DNA of 64,000 nucleotides from Eledone cirrhosa (GCA_964016885.1 OZ024740.1:433814001-433878000); one strand, 5' to 3'. Shown: positions 48,801-64,000, counted from the first letter of the stretch. Notes: generated from the sequence alone by a model not told the origin. Translations and numbers: made by a program.

Positions 48801-51800
48801 AATGTTACACTAAATATGTATGGTTGAGTGTATCCTACTAATGTTACACTAAATATGTATGGTGGAGTGTATCCTACTAATGTTACACTAAATATGTATG
48901 GTGGAGTGTATCCTACTAATGTTACACTAAATATGTATGGTGGAGTGTATCCTACTAATGTTTCACTAAATATGTATGGTGGAGTGTATCCTAAGGCTGT
49001 GTCCTACTAATGTTACACTAAATATGTATGGTGGAGTGTATCCTAAGGCTGTGTCCTACTAATGTTACACTAAATATGTATGGTGGAGTGTATCCTACTA
49101 ATGTTACACTAAATATGTATGGTGGAGTGTATCCTACTAATGTTACACTAAATATGTATGGTGGAGTGTATCCTACTAATGTTTCACTAAATATGTATGG
49201 TGGAGTGTATCCTACTAATGTTACACTAAATATGTATGGTGGAGTGTATCCTACTAATGTTTCACTAAATATGTATGGTGGAGTGTATCCTACTAATGTT
49301 ACACTAAATATGTATGGTGGAGTGTATCCTACTAATGTTACACTAAATATGTATGGTGGAGTGTATCCTACTAATGTTACACTAAATATGTATGGTGGAG
49401 TGTATCCTAAGGCTGTGTCCTACTAATGTTACACTAAATATGTATGGTGGAGTGTATCCTAAGGCTGTGTCCTACTAATGTTACACTAAATATGTATGGT
49501 GGAGTGTATCCTAAGGCTGTGTCCTACTAATGTTACACTAAATATGTATGGTGGAGTGTATCCTAAGGCTGTGTCCTACTAACGTTACACTAAATATGTA
49601 TGCTGGAGTGTATCCTAAGGCTGTGTCCTACTAATGTTACACTAAATATGTATGGTGGAGTGTATCCTACTAATGTTACACTAAATATGTATGGTGGAGT
49701 GTATCCTAAGGCTGTGTCCTACTAATGTTACACTAAATATGTATGGTGGAGTGTATCCTACTAATGTTACACTAAATATGTATGGTGGAGTGTATCCTAA
49801 GGCTGTGTCCTACTAATGTTACACTAAACATGTATGGTGGAGTGTATCCTAAGGCTGTGTCCTACTAATGTTACACTAAATATGTATGGTGGAGTGTATC
49901 CTACTAATGTTACACTAAATATGTATGGTGGAGTGTATCCTAAGGCTGTGTCCTACTAATGTTACACTAAATATGTATGGTGGCGTGTATCCTACTAATG
50001 TTACACTAAATATGTATGGTGGAGTGTATCCTAAGGCTGTGTCCTACTAATGTTACACTAAATATGTATGGTGGAGTGTATCCTACTAATGTTACACTAA
50101 ATATGTATGGTGGAGTGTATCCTACTAATGTTACACTAAATATGTATGGTGGAGTGTATCCTAAGGCTGTGTCCTACTAATGTTACACTAAATATGTATG
50201 GTGGAGTGTATCCTAAGGCTGTGTCCTACTAATGTTACACTAAATATGTATGGTGGAGTGTATCCTAAGGCTGTGTCCTACTAATGTTACACTAAATATG
50301 TATGGTGGAGTGTATCCTAAGGCTGTGTCCTACTAATGTTACACTAAATATGTATGGTGGAGTGTATCCTAAGGCTGTGTCCTACTAATGTTACACTAAA
50401 TATGTATGGTGGAGTGTATCCTACTAATGTTACACTAAATATGTATGGTGGAGTGTATCCTAAGGCTGTCTCTACTAATGTTACACTAAATATGTATGGT
50501 GGAGTGTATCCTAAGGCTGTGTCCTACTAATGTTACACTAAATATGTATGGTGGAGTGTATCCTAAGGCTGTGTCCTACTAATGTTACACTAAATATGTA
50601 TGGTGGAGTGTATCCTACTAATGTTACACTAAATATGTATGGTGGAGTGTATCCTACTAATGTTACACTAAATATGTATGGTGGAGTGTATCCTAAGGCT
50701 GTCTCTACTAATGTTACACTAAATATGTATGGTGGAGTGTATCCTAAGGCTGTGTCCTACTAATGTTACACTAAATATGTATGGTGGAGTGCATCCTAAG
50801 GCTGTGTCCTACTAATGTTACACTAAATATGTATGGTGGAGTGTATCCTACTAATGTTACACTAAATATGTATGGTGGAGTGTATCCTAAGGCTGTCTCT
50901 ACTAATGTTACACTAAATATGTATGGTGGAGTGTATCCTAAGGCTGTGTCCTACTAATGTTACACTAAATATGTATGGTGGAGTGTATCCTAAGGCTGTT
51001 TCCTACTAATGTTACACTAAATATGTATGGTGGAGTGTATCCTAAGGCTGTGTCCTACTAATGTTACACTAAATATGTATGGTGGAGTGTATCCTACTAA
51101 TGTTACACTAAATATGTATGGTGGAGTGTATCCTAAGGCTGTGTCCTACTAATGTTACACTAAATATGTATGGTGGAGTGTATCCTACTAATGTAACACT
51201 AAATATGTATGGTGGAGTGTATCCTACTAATGTTACACTAAATATGTATGGTGGAGTGTATCCTAAGGCTGTGTCCTACTAATGTTACACTAAATATGTA
51301 TGGTGGAGTGTATCCTAAGGCTGTCTCTACTAATGTTACACTAAATATGTATGGTGGAGTGTATCCTAAGGCTGTGTCCTACTAATATTACACTAAATAT
51401 GTATGGTGGAGTGTATCCTAAGGCTGTATCCTACTAATGTTACACTAAACATGTATGGTGGAGTGTATCCTACTAATGTTACACTAAATATGTATGGTGG
51501 AGTGTATCCTAAGGCTGTCTCTACTAATGTTACACTAAATATGTATCGTGGAGTGTATCCTAAGGCTGTATCCTACTAATGTTACACTAAATATGTATGG
51601 TGGAGTGTATCCTAAGGCTGTCTCTACTAATGTTACACTAAATATGTATGGTGGAGTGTATCCTAAGGCTGTATCCTACTAATGTTACACTAAACATGAA
51701 TGGTGGAGTGTATCCTACTAATGTTACACTAAATATGTATGGTGGAGTGTATCCTAAGGCTGTCTCTACTAATGTTACACTAAATATGTATGGTGGAGTG

Positions 51801-54800
51801 TATCCTAAGGCTGTGTCCTACTAATGTTACACTAAACATGTATGGTGGAGTGTATCCTAAGGCTGTATCCTACTAATGTTACACTAAACATGTATGGTGG
51901 AGTGTATCCTAAGGCTGTGTCCTACTAATGTTACACTAAATATGTATGGTGGAGTGTATCCTACTAATGTTACACTAAATATGTATGGTGGAGTGTATCC
52001 TACTAATGTTACACTAAATATGTATTGTGGAGTGTATCCTAAGGCTGTGTCCTACTAATGTTACACTAAATATGTATGGTGGAGTGTATCCTAAGGCTGT
52101 GTCCTACTAATGTTACACTAAATATGTATGGTGGAGTGTATCCTACTAATGTTACACTAAATATGTATGGTGGAGTGTATCCTAAGGCTGTATCCTACTA
52201 ATGTTACACTAAGTATGTATGGTGGAGTCTATCCTAAGGCTGTCTCTACTAATGTTACACTAAATATGTATGGTGGAGTGTATCCTACTAATGTTACACT
52301 AAATATGTATGGTGGAGTGTATCCTAAGGCTGTATCCTACTAATGTTACACTAAGTATGTATGGTGGAGTCTATCCTAAGGCTGTCTCTACTAATGTTAC
52401 ACTAAATATGTATGGTGGAGTGTATCCTAAGGCTGTATCCTACTAATGTTACACTAAGTATGTATGGTGGAGTCTATCCTAAGGCTGTCTCTACTAATGT
52501 TACACTAAATATGTATGGTGGAGTGTATCCTACTAATGTTACACTAAATATGTATGGTGGAGTGTATCCTAAGGCTGTGTCCTACTAATGTTACACTAAA
52601 TATGTATGGTGGAGTGTATCCTAAGGCTGTGTCCTACTAATGTTACACTAAATATGTATGGTGGAGTGTATCCTACTAATGTTACACTAAATATGTATGG
52701 TGGAGTGTATCCTACTAATGTTACACTAAATATGTATGGTGGAGTGTATCCTAAGGCTGTCTCTACTAATGTTACACTAAATATGTATGGTGGAGTGTAT
52801 CCTAAGGCTGTGTCCTACTAATGTTACACTAAATATGTATGGTGGAGTGTATCCTAAGGCTGTGTCCTACTAATGTTACACTAAATATGTATGGTGGAGT
52901 GTATCCTACTAATGTTACACTAAATATGTATGGTGGAGTGTATCCTACTAATGTTACACTAAATATGTATGGTGGAGTGTATCCTAAGGCTGTCTCTACT
53001 AATGTTACACTAAATATGTATGGTGGAGTGTATCCTAAGGCTGTGTCCTACTAATGTTACACTAAATATGTATGGTGGAGTGCATCCTAAGGCTGTGTCC
53101 TACTAATGTTACACTAAATATGTATGGTGGAGTGTATCCTACTAATGTTACACTAAATATGTATGGTGGAGTGTATCCTAAGGCTGTCTCTACTAATGTT
53201 ACACTAAATATGTATGGTGGAGTGTATCCTAAGGCTGTGTCCTACTAATGTTACACTAAATATGTATGGTGGAGTGTATCCTAAGGCTGTTTCCTACTAA
53301 TGTTACACTAAATATGTATGGTGGAGTGTATCCTAAGGCTGTGTCCTACTAATGTTACACTAAATATGTATGGTGGAGTGTATCCTACTAATGTTACACT
53401 AAATATGTATGGTGGAGTGTATCCTAAGGCTGTGTCCTACTAATGTTACACTAAATATGTATGGTGGAGTGTATCCTACTAATGTAACACTAAATATGTA
53501 TGGTGGAGTGTATCCTACTAATGTTACACTAAATATGTATGGTGGAGTGTATCCTAAGGCTGTGTCCTACTAATGTTACACTAAATATGTATGGTGGAGT
53601 GTATCCTAAGGCTGTCTCTACTAATGTTACACTAAATATGTATGGTGGAGTGTATCCTAAGGCTGTGTCCTACTAATATTACACTAAATATGTATGGTGG
53701 AGTGTATCCTAAGGCTGTATCCTACTAATGTTACACTAAACATGTATGGTGGAGTGTATCCTACTAATGTTACACTAAATATGTATGGTGGAGTGTATCC
53801 TAAGGCTGTCTCTACTAATGTTACACTAAATATGTATCGTGGAGTGTATCCTAAGGCTGTATCCTACTAATGTTACACTAAATATGTATGGTGGAGTGTA
53901 TCCTAAGGCTGTCTCTACTAATGTTACACTAAATATGTATGGTGGAGTGTATCCTAAGGCTGTATCCTACTAATGTTACACTAAACATGAATGGTGGAGT
54001 GTATCCTACTAATGTTACACTAAATATGTATGGTGGAGTGTATCCTAAGGCTGTCTCTACTAATGTTACACTAAATATGTATGGTGGAGTGTATCCTAAG
54101 GCTGTGTCCTACTAATGTTACACTAAACATGTATGGTGGAGTGTATCCTAAGGCTGTATCCTACTAATGTTACACTAAACATGTATGGTGGAGTGTATCC
54201 TAAGGCTGTGTCCTACTAATGTTACACTAAATATGTATGGTGGAGTGTATCCTACTAATGTTACACTAAATATGTATGGTGGAGTGTATCCTACTAATGT
54301 TACACTAAATATGTATGGTGGAGTCTATCCTACTAATGTTACACTAAATATGTATTGTGGAGTGTATCCTAAGGCTGTGTCCTACTAATGTTACACTAAA
54401 TATGTATGGTGGAGTGTATCCTAAGGCTGTGTCCTACTAATGTTACACTAAATATGTATGGTGGAGTGTATCCTACTAATGTTACACTAAATATGTATTG
54501 TGGAGTGTATCCTAAGGCTGTGTCCTACTAATGTTACACTAAATATGTATGGTGGAGTGTATCCTAAGGCTGTGTCCTACTAATGTTACACTAAATATGT
54601 ATGGCGGAGTGTATCCTACTAATGTTACACTAAATATGTATGGTGGAGTCTATCCTACTAATGTTACACTAAATATGTATTGTGGAGTGTATCCTAAGGC
54701 TGTGTCCTACTAATGTTACACTAAATATGTATGGTGGAGTGTATCCTAAGGCTGTGTCCTACTAATGTTACACTAAATATGTATGGTGGAGTGTATCCTA

Positions 54801-57800
54801 CTAATGTTACACTAAATATGTATGGTGGAGTGTATCCTAAGGCTGTATCCTACTAATGTTACACTAAGTATGTATGGTGGAGTCTATCCTAAGGCTGTCT
54901 CTACTAATGTTACACTAAATATGTATGGTGGAGTGTATCCTACTAATGTTACACTAAATATGTATGGTGGAGTGTATCCTAAGGCTGTATCCTACTAATG
55001 TTACACTAAGTATGTATGGTGGAGTCTATCCTAAGGCTGTCTCTACTAATGTTACACTAAATATGTATGGTGGAGTGTATCCTAAGGCTGTATCCTACTA
55101 ATGTTACACTAAGTATGTATGGTGGAGTCTATCCTAAGGCTGTCTCTACTAATGTTACACTAAATATGTATGGTGGAGTGTATCCTACTAATGTTACACT
55201 AAATATGTATGGTGGAGTGTATCCTAAGGCTGTGTCCTACTAATGTTACACTAAATATGTATGGTGGAGTGTATCCTAAGTCTGTGTCCTACTAATGTTA
55301 CACTAAATATGTATGGTGGAGTGTATCCTAAGGCTGTGTCCTACTAATGTTACACTAAATATGTATGGTGGAGTGTATCCTACTAATGTTACACTAAATA
55401 TGTATGGTGGAGTGTATCCTACTAATGTTACACTAAATATGTATGGTGGAGTGTATCCTACTAATGTTACACTAAATATGTATGGTGGAGTGTATCCTAA
55501 GGCTGTGTCCTACTAATGTTACACTAAATATGTATGGTGGAGTGTATCCTACTAATGTTACACTAAATATGTATGGTGGAGTGTATCCTACTAATGTTAC
55601 ACTAAACATGTATGGTGGAGTGTATCCTAAGGCTGTGTCCTACTAATGTTACACTAAATATGTATGGTGGAGTGTATCCTACTAATGTTACACTAAATAT
55701 GTATGGTGGAGTGTATCCTACTAATGTTACACTAAATATGTATGGTGGAGTGTATCCTACTAATGTTACACTAAACATGTATGGTGGAGTGTATCCTAAG
55801 GCTGTGTCCTACTAATGTTACACTAAATATGTATGGTGGAGTGTATCCTACTAATGTTACACTAAATATGTATGGTGGAGTGTATCCTAAGGCTGTGTCC
55901 TACTAATGTTACACTAAATATGTATGGTGGAGTGTATCCTACTAATGTTACACTAAATATGTATGGTGGAGTGTATCCTACTAATGTTACACTAAACATG
56001 TATGGTGGAGTGTATCCTAAGGCTGTGTCCTACTAATGTTACACTAAATATGTATGGTGGAGTGTATCCTACTAATGTTACACTAAATATGTATGGTGGA
56101 GTGTATCCTACTAATGTTACACTAAATATGTATGGTGGAGTGTATCCTACTAATGTTACACTAAACATGTATGGTGGAGTGTATCCTAAGGCGGTGTCCT
56201 ACTAATGTTACACTAAATATGTATGGTGGAGTGTATCCTACTAATGTTACAATAAATATGTATGGTGGAGTGTATCCTACTAATGTTACACTAAATATGT
56301 ATGGTGGAGTGTATCCTACTAATGTTACACTAAACATGTATGGTGGAGTGTATCCTAAGGCTGTGTCCTACTAATGTTACACTAAATATGTATGGTGGAG
56401 TGTATCCTAAGGCTGTGTCCTACTAATGTTACACTAAATATGTATGGTGGAGTGTATCCTAAGGCTGTGTCCTACTAATGTTACACTAAATATGTATGGT
56501 GGAGTGTATCCTACTAATGTTACACTAAATATGTATGGTGGAGTGTATCCTAAGGCTGTGTCCTACTAATGTTACACTAAATATGTATGGTGGAGTGTAT
56601 CCTAAGGCTGTGTCCTACTAATGTTACACTAAATATGTATGGTGGAGTGTATCCTACTAATGTTACACTAAATATGTATGGTGGAGTGTATCCTACTAAT
56701 GTTACACTAAATATGTATGGTGGAGTGTATCCTAAGGCTGTATCCTACTAATGTTACACTAAATATGTATGGTGGAGTGTATCCTAAGGCTGTGTCCTAC
56801 TAATGTTACACTAAATATGTATGGTGGAGTGTATCCTAAGGCTGTGTCCTACTAATGTTACACTAAATATGTATGGTGGAGTGTATCCTAAGGCTGTGTC
56901 CTACTAATGTTACACTAAATATGTATGGTGGAGTGTATCCTAAGGCTGTGTCCTACTAATGTTACACTAAATATGTATGGTGGAGTGTATCCTAAGGCTG
57001 TGTCCTACTAATGTTACACTAAATATGTATGGTGGAGTGTATCCTAAGGCTGTGTCCTACTAATGTTACACTAAATATGTATGGTGGAGTGTATCCTACT
57101 AATGTTACACTAAATATGTATGGTGGAGTGTATCCTAAGGCTGTGTCCTACTAATGTTACACTAAATATGTATGGTGGAGTGTATCCTAGGGCTGTGTCC
57201 TACTAATGTTACACTAAATATGTATGGTGGAGTGTATCCTACTAATGTTACACTAAATATGTATGGTGGAGTGTATCCTACTAATGTTACACTAAATATG
57301 TATGGTGGAGTGTATCCTACTAATGTTACACTAAATATGTATGGTGGAGTGTATCCTAAGGCTGTGTCCTACTAATGTTACACTAAATATGTATGGTGGA
57401 GTGTATCCTACTAATGTTACACTAAATATGTATGGTGGAGTGTATCCTAAGGCTGTGTCCTACTAATGTTACACTAAATATGTATGGTGGAGTGTATCCT
57501 AAGGCTGTGTCCTACTAATGTTACACTAAATATGTATGGTGGAGTGTATCCTAAGGCTGTGTCCTACTAATGTTACACTAAATATGTATGGTGGAGTGTA
57601 TCCTACTAATGTTACACTAAATATGTATGGTGGAGTGTATCCTACTAATGTTACACTAAATATGTATGGTGGAGTGTATCCTACTAATGTTACACTAAAT
57701 ATGTATGGTGGAGTGTATCCTAAGGCTGTGTCCTACTAATGTTACACTAAATATGTATGGTGGAGTGTATCCTACTAATGTTACACTAAATATGTATGGT

Positions 57801-60800
57801 GGAGTGTATCCTACTAATGTTACACTAAATATGTATGGTGGAGTGTATCCTACTAATGTTACACTAAATATGTATGGTGGAGTGTATCCTACTAATGTTA
57901 CACTAAATATGTATGGTGGAGTGTATCCTACTAATGTTACACTAAATATGTATGGTGGAGTGTATCCTACTAATGTTACACTAAATATGTATGGTGGAGT
58001 GTATCCTACTAATGTTACACTAAATATGTATGGTGGAGTGTATCCTAAGGCTGTGTCCTACTAATGTTACACTAAATATGTATGGTGGAGTGTATCCTAA
58101 GGCTGTGTCCTACTAATGTTACACTAAATATGTATGGTGGAGTGTATCCTACTAATGTTACACTAAATATGTATGGTGGAGTGTATCCTAAGGCTGTGTC
58201 CTTCTAATGTTACACTAAATATGTATGGTGGAGTGTATCCTACTAATGTTACACTAAATATGTATGGTGGAGTGTATCCTACTAATGTTACACTAAATAT
58301 GTATGGTGGAGTGTATCCTACTAATGTTACACTAAATATGTATGGTGGAGTGTATCCTACTAATGTTACACTAAATATGTATGGTGGAGTGTATCCTAAG
58401 GCTGTGTCCTACTAATGTTACACTAAATATGTATGGTGGAGTGTATCCTACTAATGTTACACTAAATATGTATGGTGGAGTGTATCCTACTAATGTTACA
58501 CTAAATATGTATGGTGGAGTGTATCCTACTAATGTTACACTAAATATGTATGGTGGAGTGTATCCTACTAATGTTACACTAAATATGTATGGTGGAGTGT
58601 ATCCTAAGGCTGTGTCCTACTAATGTTACACTAAATATGTATGGTGGAGTGTATCCTACTAATGTTACACTAAATATGTATGGTGGAGTGTATCCTACTA
58701 ATGTTACACTAAATATGTATGGTGGAGTGTATCCTACTAATGTTACACTAAATATGTATGGTGGAGTGTATCCTACTAATGTTACACTAAATATGTATGG
58801 TGGAGTGTATCCTACTAATGTTACACTAAATATGTAAGGTGGAGTGTATCCTAAGGCTGTGTCCTACTAATGTTACACTAAATATGTATGGTGGAGTGTA
58901 TCCTAAGGCTGTGTCCTACTAATGTTACACTAAATATGTATGGTGGAGTGTATCCTACTAATGTTACACTAAATATGTATGGTGGAGTGTATCCTAAGGC
59001 TGTGTCCTACTAATGTTACACTAAATATGTATGGTTGAGTGTATCCTTCTAATGTTACACTAAATATGTATGGTGGAGTGTATCCTACTAATGTTACACT
59101 AAATATGTATGGTGGAGTGTATCCTACTAATGTTACACTAAATATGTATGGTGGAGTGTATCCTACTAATGTTTCACTAAATATGTATGGTGGAGTGTAT
59201 CCTAAGGCTGTGTCCTACTAATGTTACACTAAATATGTATGGTGGAGTGTATGCTAAGGCTGTGTCCTACTAATGTTACACTAAATATGTATGGTGGAGT
59301 GTATCCTACTAATGTTACACTAAATATGTATGGTGGAGTGTATCCTACTAATGTTACACTAAATATGTATGGTGGAGTGTATCCTACTAATGTTTCACTA
59401 AATATGTATGGTGGAGTGTATCCTACTAATGTTACACTAAATATGTATGGTGGAGTGTATCCTACTAATGTTTCACTAAATATGTATGGTGGAGTGTATC
59501 CTACTAATGTTACACTAAATATGTATGGTGGAGTGTATCCTACTAATGTTACACTAAATATGTATGGTGGAGTGTATCCTACTAATGTTACACTAAATAT
59601 GTATGGTGGAGTGTATCCTAAGGCTGTGTCCTACTAATGTTACACTAAATATGTATGGTGGAGTGTATCCTAAGGCTGTGTCCTACTAATGTTACACTAA
59701 ATATGTATGGTGGAGTGTATCCTACTAATGTTACACTAAATATGTATGGTGGAGTCTATCCTACTAATGTTACACTAAATATGTATGGTGGAGTGTATCC
59801 TAAGGCTGTATCCTACTAATGTTACACTAAATATGTATGGTGGAGTGTATCCTAAGGCTGTATCCTACTAATGTTACACTAAATATGTATGGTGGAGTGT
59901 ATCCTAAGGCTGTATCCTACTAATGTTACACTAAATATGTATGGTAGAGTGTATCCTACTAATGTTACACTAAATATGTATGGCGGAGTGTATCCTACTA
60001 ATGTTACACTAAATATGTATGGTGGAGTCTATCCTACTAATGTTACACTAAATATGTATGGTGGAGTGTATCCTAAGGCTGTATCCTACTAATGTTACAC
60101 TAAATATGTATGGTGGAGTGTATCCTAAGGCTGTATCCTACTAATGTTACACTAAATATGTATGGTGGAGTGTATCCTACTAATGTTACACTAAATATGT
60201 ATGGTGGAGTGTATCCTACTAATGTTACACTAAATATGTATGGTGGAGTGTATCCTACTAATGTTACACTAAATATGTATGGTGGAGTGTATCCTAAGGC
60301 TGTGTCCTACTAATGTTACACTAAATATGTATGGTGGAGTGTATCCTACTAATGTTACACTAAATATGTATGGTGGAGTGTATCCTAAGGCTGTGTCCTA
60401 CTAATGTTACACTAAATATGTATGGTGGAGTGTATCCTAAGGCTGTGTCCTACTAATGTTACACTAAATATGTATGGTGGAGTGTATCCTAAGGCTGTGT
60501 CCTACTAATGTTACACTAAATATGTATGGTGGAGTGTATCCTAAGGCTGTGTCCTACTAATGTTACACTAAATATGTATGGTGGAGTGTATCCTACTAAT
60601 GTTACACTAAATATGTATGGTGGAGTGTATCCTACTAATGTTACACTAAATATGTATGGTGGAGTGTATCCTACTAATGTTACACTAAATATGTATGGTG
60701 GAGTGTATCCTACTAATGTTACACTAAATATGTATGGTGGAGTGTATCCTACTAATGTTACACTAAATATGTATGGTGGAGTGTATCCTACTAATGTTAC

Positions 60801-63800
60801 ACTAAATATGTATGGTGGAGTGTATCCTACTAATGTTACACTAAATATGTATGGTGGAGTGTATCCTACTAATGTTACACTAAATATGTATGGTGGAGTG
60901 TATCCTACTAATGTTACACTAAATATGTATGGTGGAGTGTATCCTACTAATGTTACACTAAATATGTATGGTGGAGTGTATCCTAAGGCTGTGTCCTACT
61001 AATGTTACACTAAATATGTATGGTGGAGTGTATCCTAAGGCTGTGTCCTACTAATGTTACACTAAATATGTATGGTGGAGTGTATCCTACTAATGTTACA
61101 CTAAATATGTATGGTGGAGTGTATCCTAAGGCTGTGTCCTTCTAATGTTACATTAAATATGTATGGTGGAGTGTATCCTACTAATGTTACACTAAATATG
61201 TATGGTGGAGTGTATCCTACTAATGTTACACTAAATATGTATGGTGGAGTGTATCCTACTAATGTTACACTAAATATGTATGGTGGAGTGTATCCTACTA
61301 ATGTTACACTAAATATGTATGGTGGAGTGTATCCTACTAATGTTACACTAAATATGTATGGTGGAGTGTATCCTAAGGCTGTGTCCTACTAATGTTACAC
61401 TAAATATGTATGGTGGAGTGTATCCTACTAATGTTACACTAAATATGTATGGTGGAGTGTATCCTACTAATGTTACACTAAATATGTATGGTGGAGTGTA
61501 TCCTACTAATGTTACACTAAATATGTATGGTGGAGTGTATCCTACTAATGTTACACTAAATATGTATGGTGGAGTGTATCCTAAGGCTGTGTCCTACTAA
61601 TGTTACACTAAATATGTATGGTGGAGTGTATCCTACTAATGTTACACTAAATATGTATGGTGGAGTGTATCCTACTAATGTTACACTAAATATGTATGGT
61701 GGAGTGTATCCTACTAATGTTACACTAAATATGTATGGTGGAGTGTATCCTACTAATGTTACACTAAATATGTATGGTGGAGTGTATCCTACTAATGTTA
61801 CACTAAATATGTAAGGTGGAGTGTATCCTAAGGCTGTGTCCTACTAATGTTACACTAAATATGTATGGTGGAGTGTATCCTAAGGCTGTGTCCTACTAAT
61901 GTTACACTTAATATGTATGGTGGAGTGTATCCTACTAATGTTACACTAAATATGTATGGTGGAGTGTATCCTAAGGCTGTGTCCTACTAATGTTACACTA
62001 AATATGTATGGTTGAGTGTATCCTTCTAATGTTACACTAAATATGTATGGTGGAGTGTATCCTACTAATGTTACACTAAATATGTATGGTGGAGTGTATC
62101 CTACTAATGTTACACTAAATATGTATGGTGGAGTGTATCCTACTAATGTTTCACTAAATATGTATGGTGGAGTGTATCCTAAGGCTGTGTCCTACTAATG
62201 TTACACTAAATATGTATGGTGGAGTGTATCCTAAGGCTGTGTCCTACTAATGTTACACTAAATATGTATGGTGGAGTGTATCCTACTAATGTTACACTAA
62301 ATATGTATGGTGGAGTGTATCCTACTAATGTTACACTAAATATGTATGGTGGAGTGTATCCTACTAATGTTTCACTAAATATGTATGGTGGAGTGTATCC
62401 TACTAATGTTACACTAAATATGTATGGTGGAGTGTATCCTACTAATGTTTCACTAAATATGTATGGTGGAGTGTATCCTACTAATGTTACACTAAATATG
62501 TATGGTGGAGTGTATCCTACTAATGTTACACTAAATATGTATGGTGGAGTGTATCCTACTAATGTTACACTAAATATGTATGGTGGAGTGTATCCTAAGG
62601 CTGTGTCCTACTAATGTTACACTAAATATGTATGGTGGAGTGTATCCTAAGGCTGTGTCCTACTAATGTTACACTAAATATGTATGGTGGAGTGTATCCT
62701 ACTAATGTTACACTAAATATGTATGGTGGAGTCTATCCTACTAATGTTACACTAAATATGTATGGTGGAGTGTATCCTAAGGCTGTATCCTACTAATGTT
62801 ACACTAAATATGTATGGTGGAGTGTATCCTAAGGCTGTATCCTACTAATGTTACACTAAATATGTATGGTGGAGTGTATCCTAAGGCTGTATCCTACTAA
62901 TGTTACACTAAATATGTATGGTAGAGTGTATCCTACTAATGTTACACTAAATATGTATGGCGGAGTGTATCCTACTAATGTTACACTAAATATGTATGGT
63001 GGAGTCTATCCTACTAATGTTACACTAAATATGTATGGTGGAGTGTATCCTAAGGCTGTATCCTACTAATGTTACACTAAATATGTATGGTGGAGTGTAT
63101 CCTAAGGCTGTATCCTACTAATGTTACACTAAATATGTATGGTGGAGTGTATCCTACTAATGTTACACTAAATATGTATGGTGGAGTGTATCCTAAGGCT
63201 GTGTCCTACTAATGTTACACTAAATATGTATGGTGGAGTGTATCCTAAGGCTGTGTCCTACTAATGTTACACTAAATATGTATGGTGGAGTCTATCCTAA
63301 GGCTGTGTCCTACTAATGTTACACTAAATATGTATGGTGGAGTGTATCCTAAGGCTGTATCCTACTAATGTTACACTAAATATGTATGGTGGAGTCTATC
63401 CTAAGGCTGTATCCTACTAATGTTACACTAAATATGTATGGTGGAGTGTATCCTAAGGCTGTATCCTACTAATGTTACACTAAATATGTATGGTGGAGTG
63501 TATCCTAAGGCTGTGTCCTACTAATGTTACACTAAATATGTATGGTGGAGTGTATCCTAAGGCTGTGTCCTACTAATGTTACACTAAATATGTATGGTGG
63601 AGTGTATCCTACTAATGTTACACTAAACATGTATGGTGGAGTGTATCCTAAGGCTGTGTCCTACTAACGTTACACTAAATATGTATGGTGGAGTGTATCC
63701 TAAGGCTGTGTCCTACTAATGTGACACTAAATATGTATGGTGGAGTGTATCCTACTAATGTTACACTAAATATGTATGGTGGAGTGTATCCTACTAATGT

Positions 63801-64000
63801 TACACTAAATATGTATGGTGGAGTGTATCCTACTAATGTTACACTAAATATGTATGGTGGAGTGTATCCTAAGGCTGTGTCCTACTAATGTTACACTAAA
63901 TATGTATGGTGGAGTGTATCCTACTAATGTTACACTAAATATGTATGGTGGAGTGTATCCTACTAATGTTACACTAAACATGTATGGTGGAGTGTATCCT
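30820..64000. repeat. Large satellite array of interspersed 39-bp and 52-bp units (51-bp variant locally), runs off the right edge
   Basis: 39-mer AAATATGTATGGTGGAGTGTATCCTACTAATGTTACACT; the 52-mer adds AGGCTGT(G/A)TCCTA. Very low divergence and no unique insertions seen in 33 kb. Confidence 0.99.

Noticed and set aside
30906-63888. Dozens of ORFs encoding (NMYGGVYPTNVTL)n, up to 288 aa
   Set aside because: They arise because the 39-bp unit is a multiple of 3 and has a stop-free frame. Every 52-bp unit shifts the frame, and there is no unique coding context.
30820-64000. CRISPR-like regular repeats (also 1-1233, 10603-11243, 17396-17725)
   Set aside because: No unique spacers, no cas genes, and the context is eukaryotic; these are tandem satellites.

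Overview
Eukaryotic (animal) heterochromatin-like window with no host gene, RNA gene or CRISPR array. The SINE and repeat families resemble those of octopus genomes (inference from recalled sequence, not a database hit). Layout: a 55-bp satellite (1-1233); about 29.5 kb of nested mobile elements; and a 33-kb satellite of interspersed 39-bp and 52-bp units with kilobase-scale higher-order duplications (30820-end). The main feature is a 12.8-kb composite at 4494-17259. A small TTAA-flanked, piggyBac-like MITE (unexpanded 210-bp sibling at 20369-20578) has an internal segment amplified into a 72-bp minisatellite. Two full-length Tx1/L1-clade LINEs (one intact, one disrupted) sit in that minisatellite at the same position of the unit and in the same orientation. 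Many differences between the two copies are synonymous, which favours independent sequence-specific insertion, as in the Xenopus Tx1D/Tx1L composite. Other points: a 600-bp palindrome with minimal hammerhead-ribozyme cores (Penelope-like), RTE LINEs with a PHD-type finger inside the RT, and at least three minisatellites derived from transposon segments.
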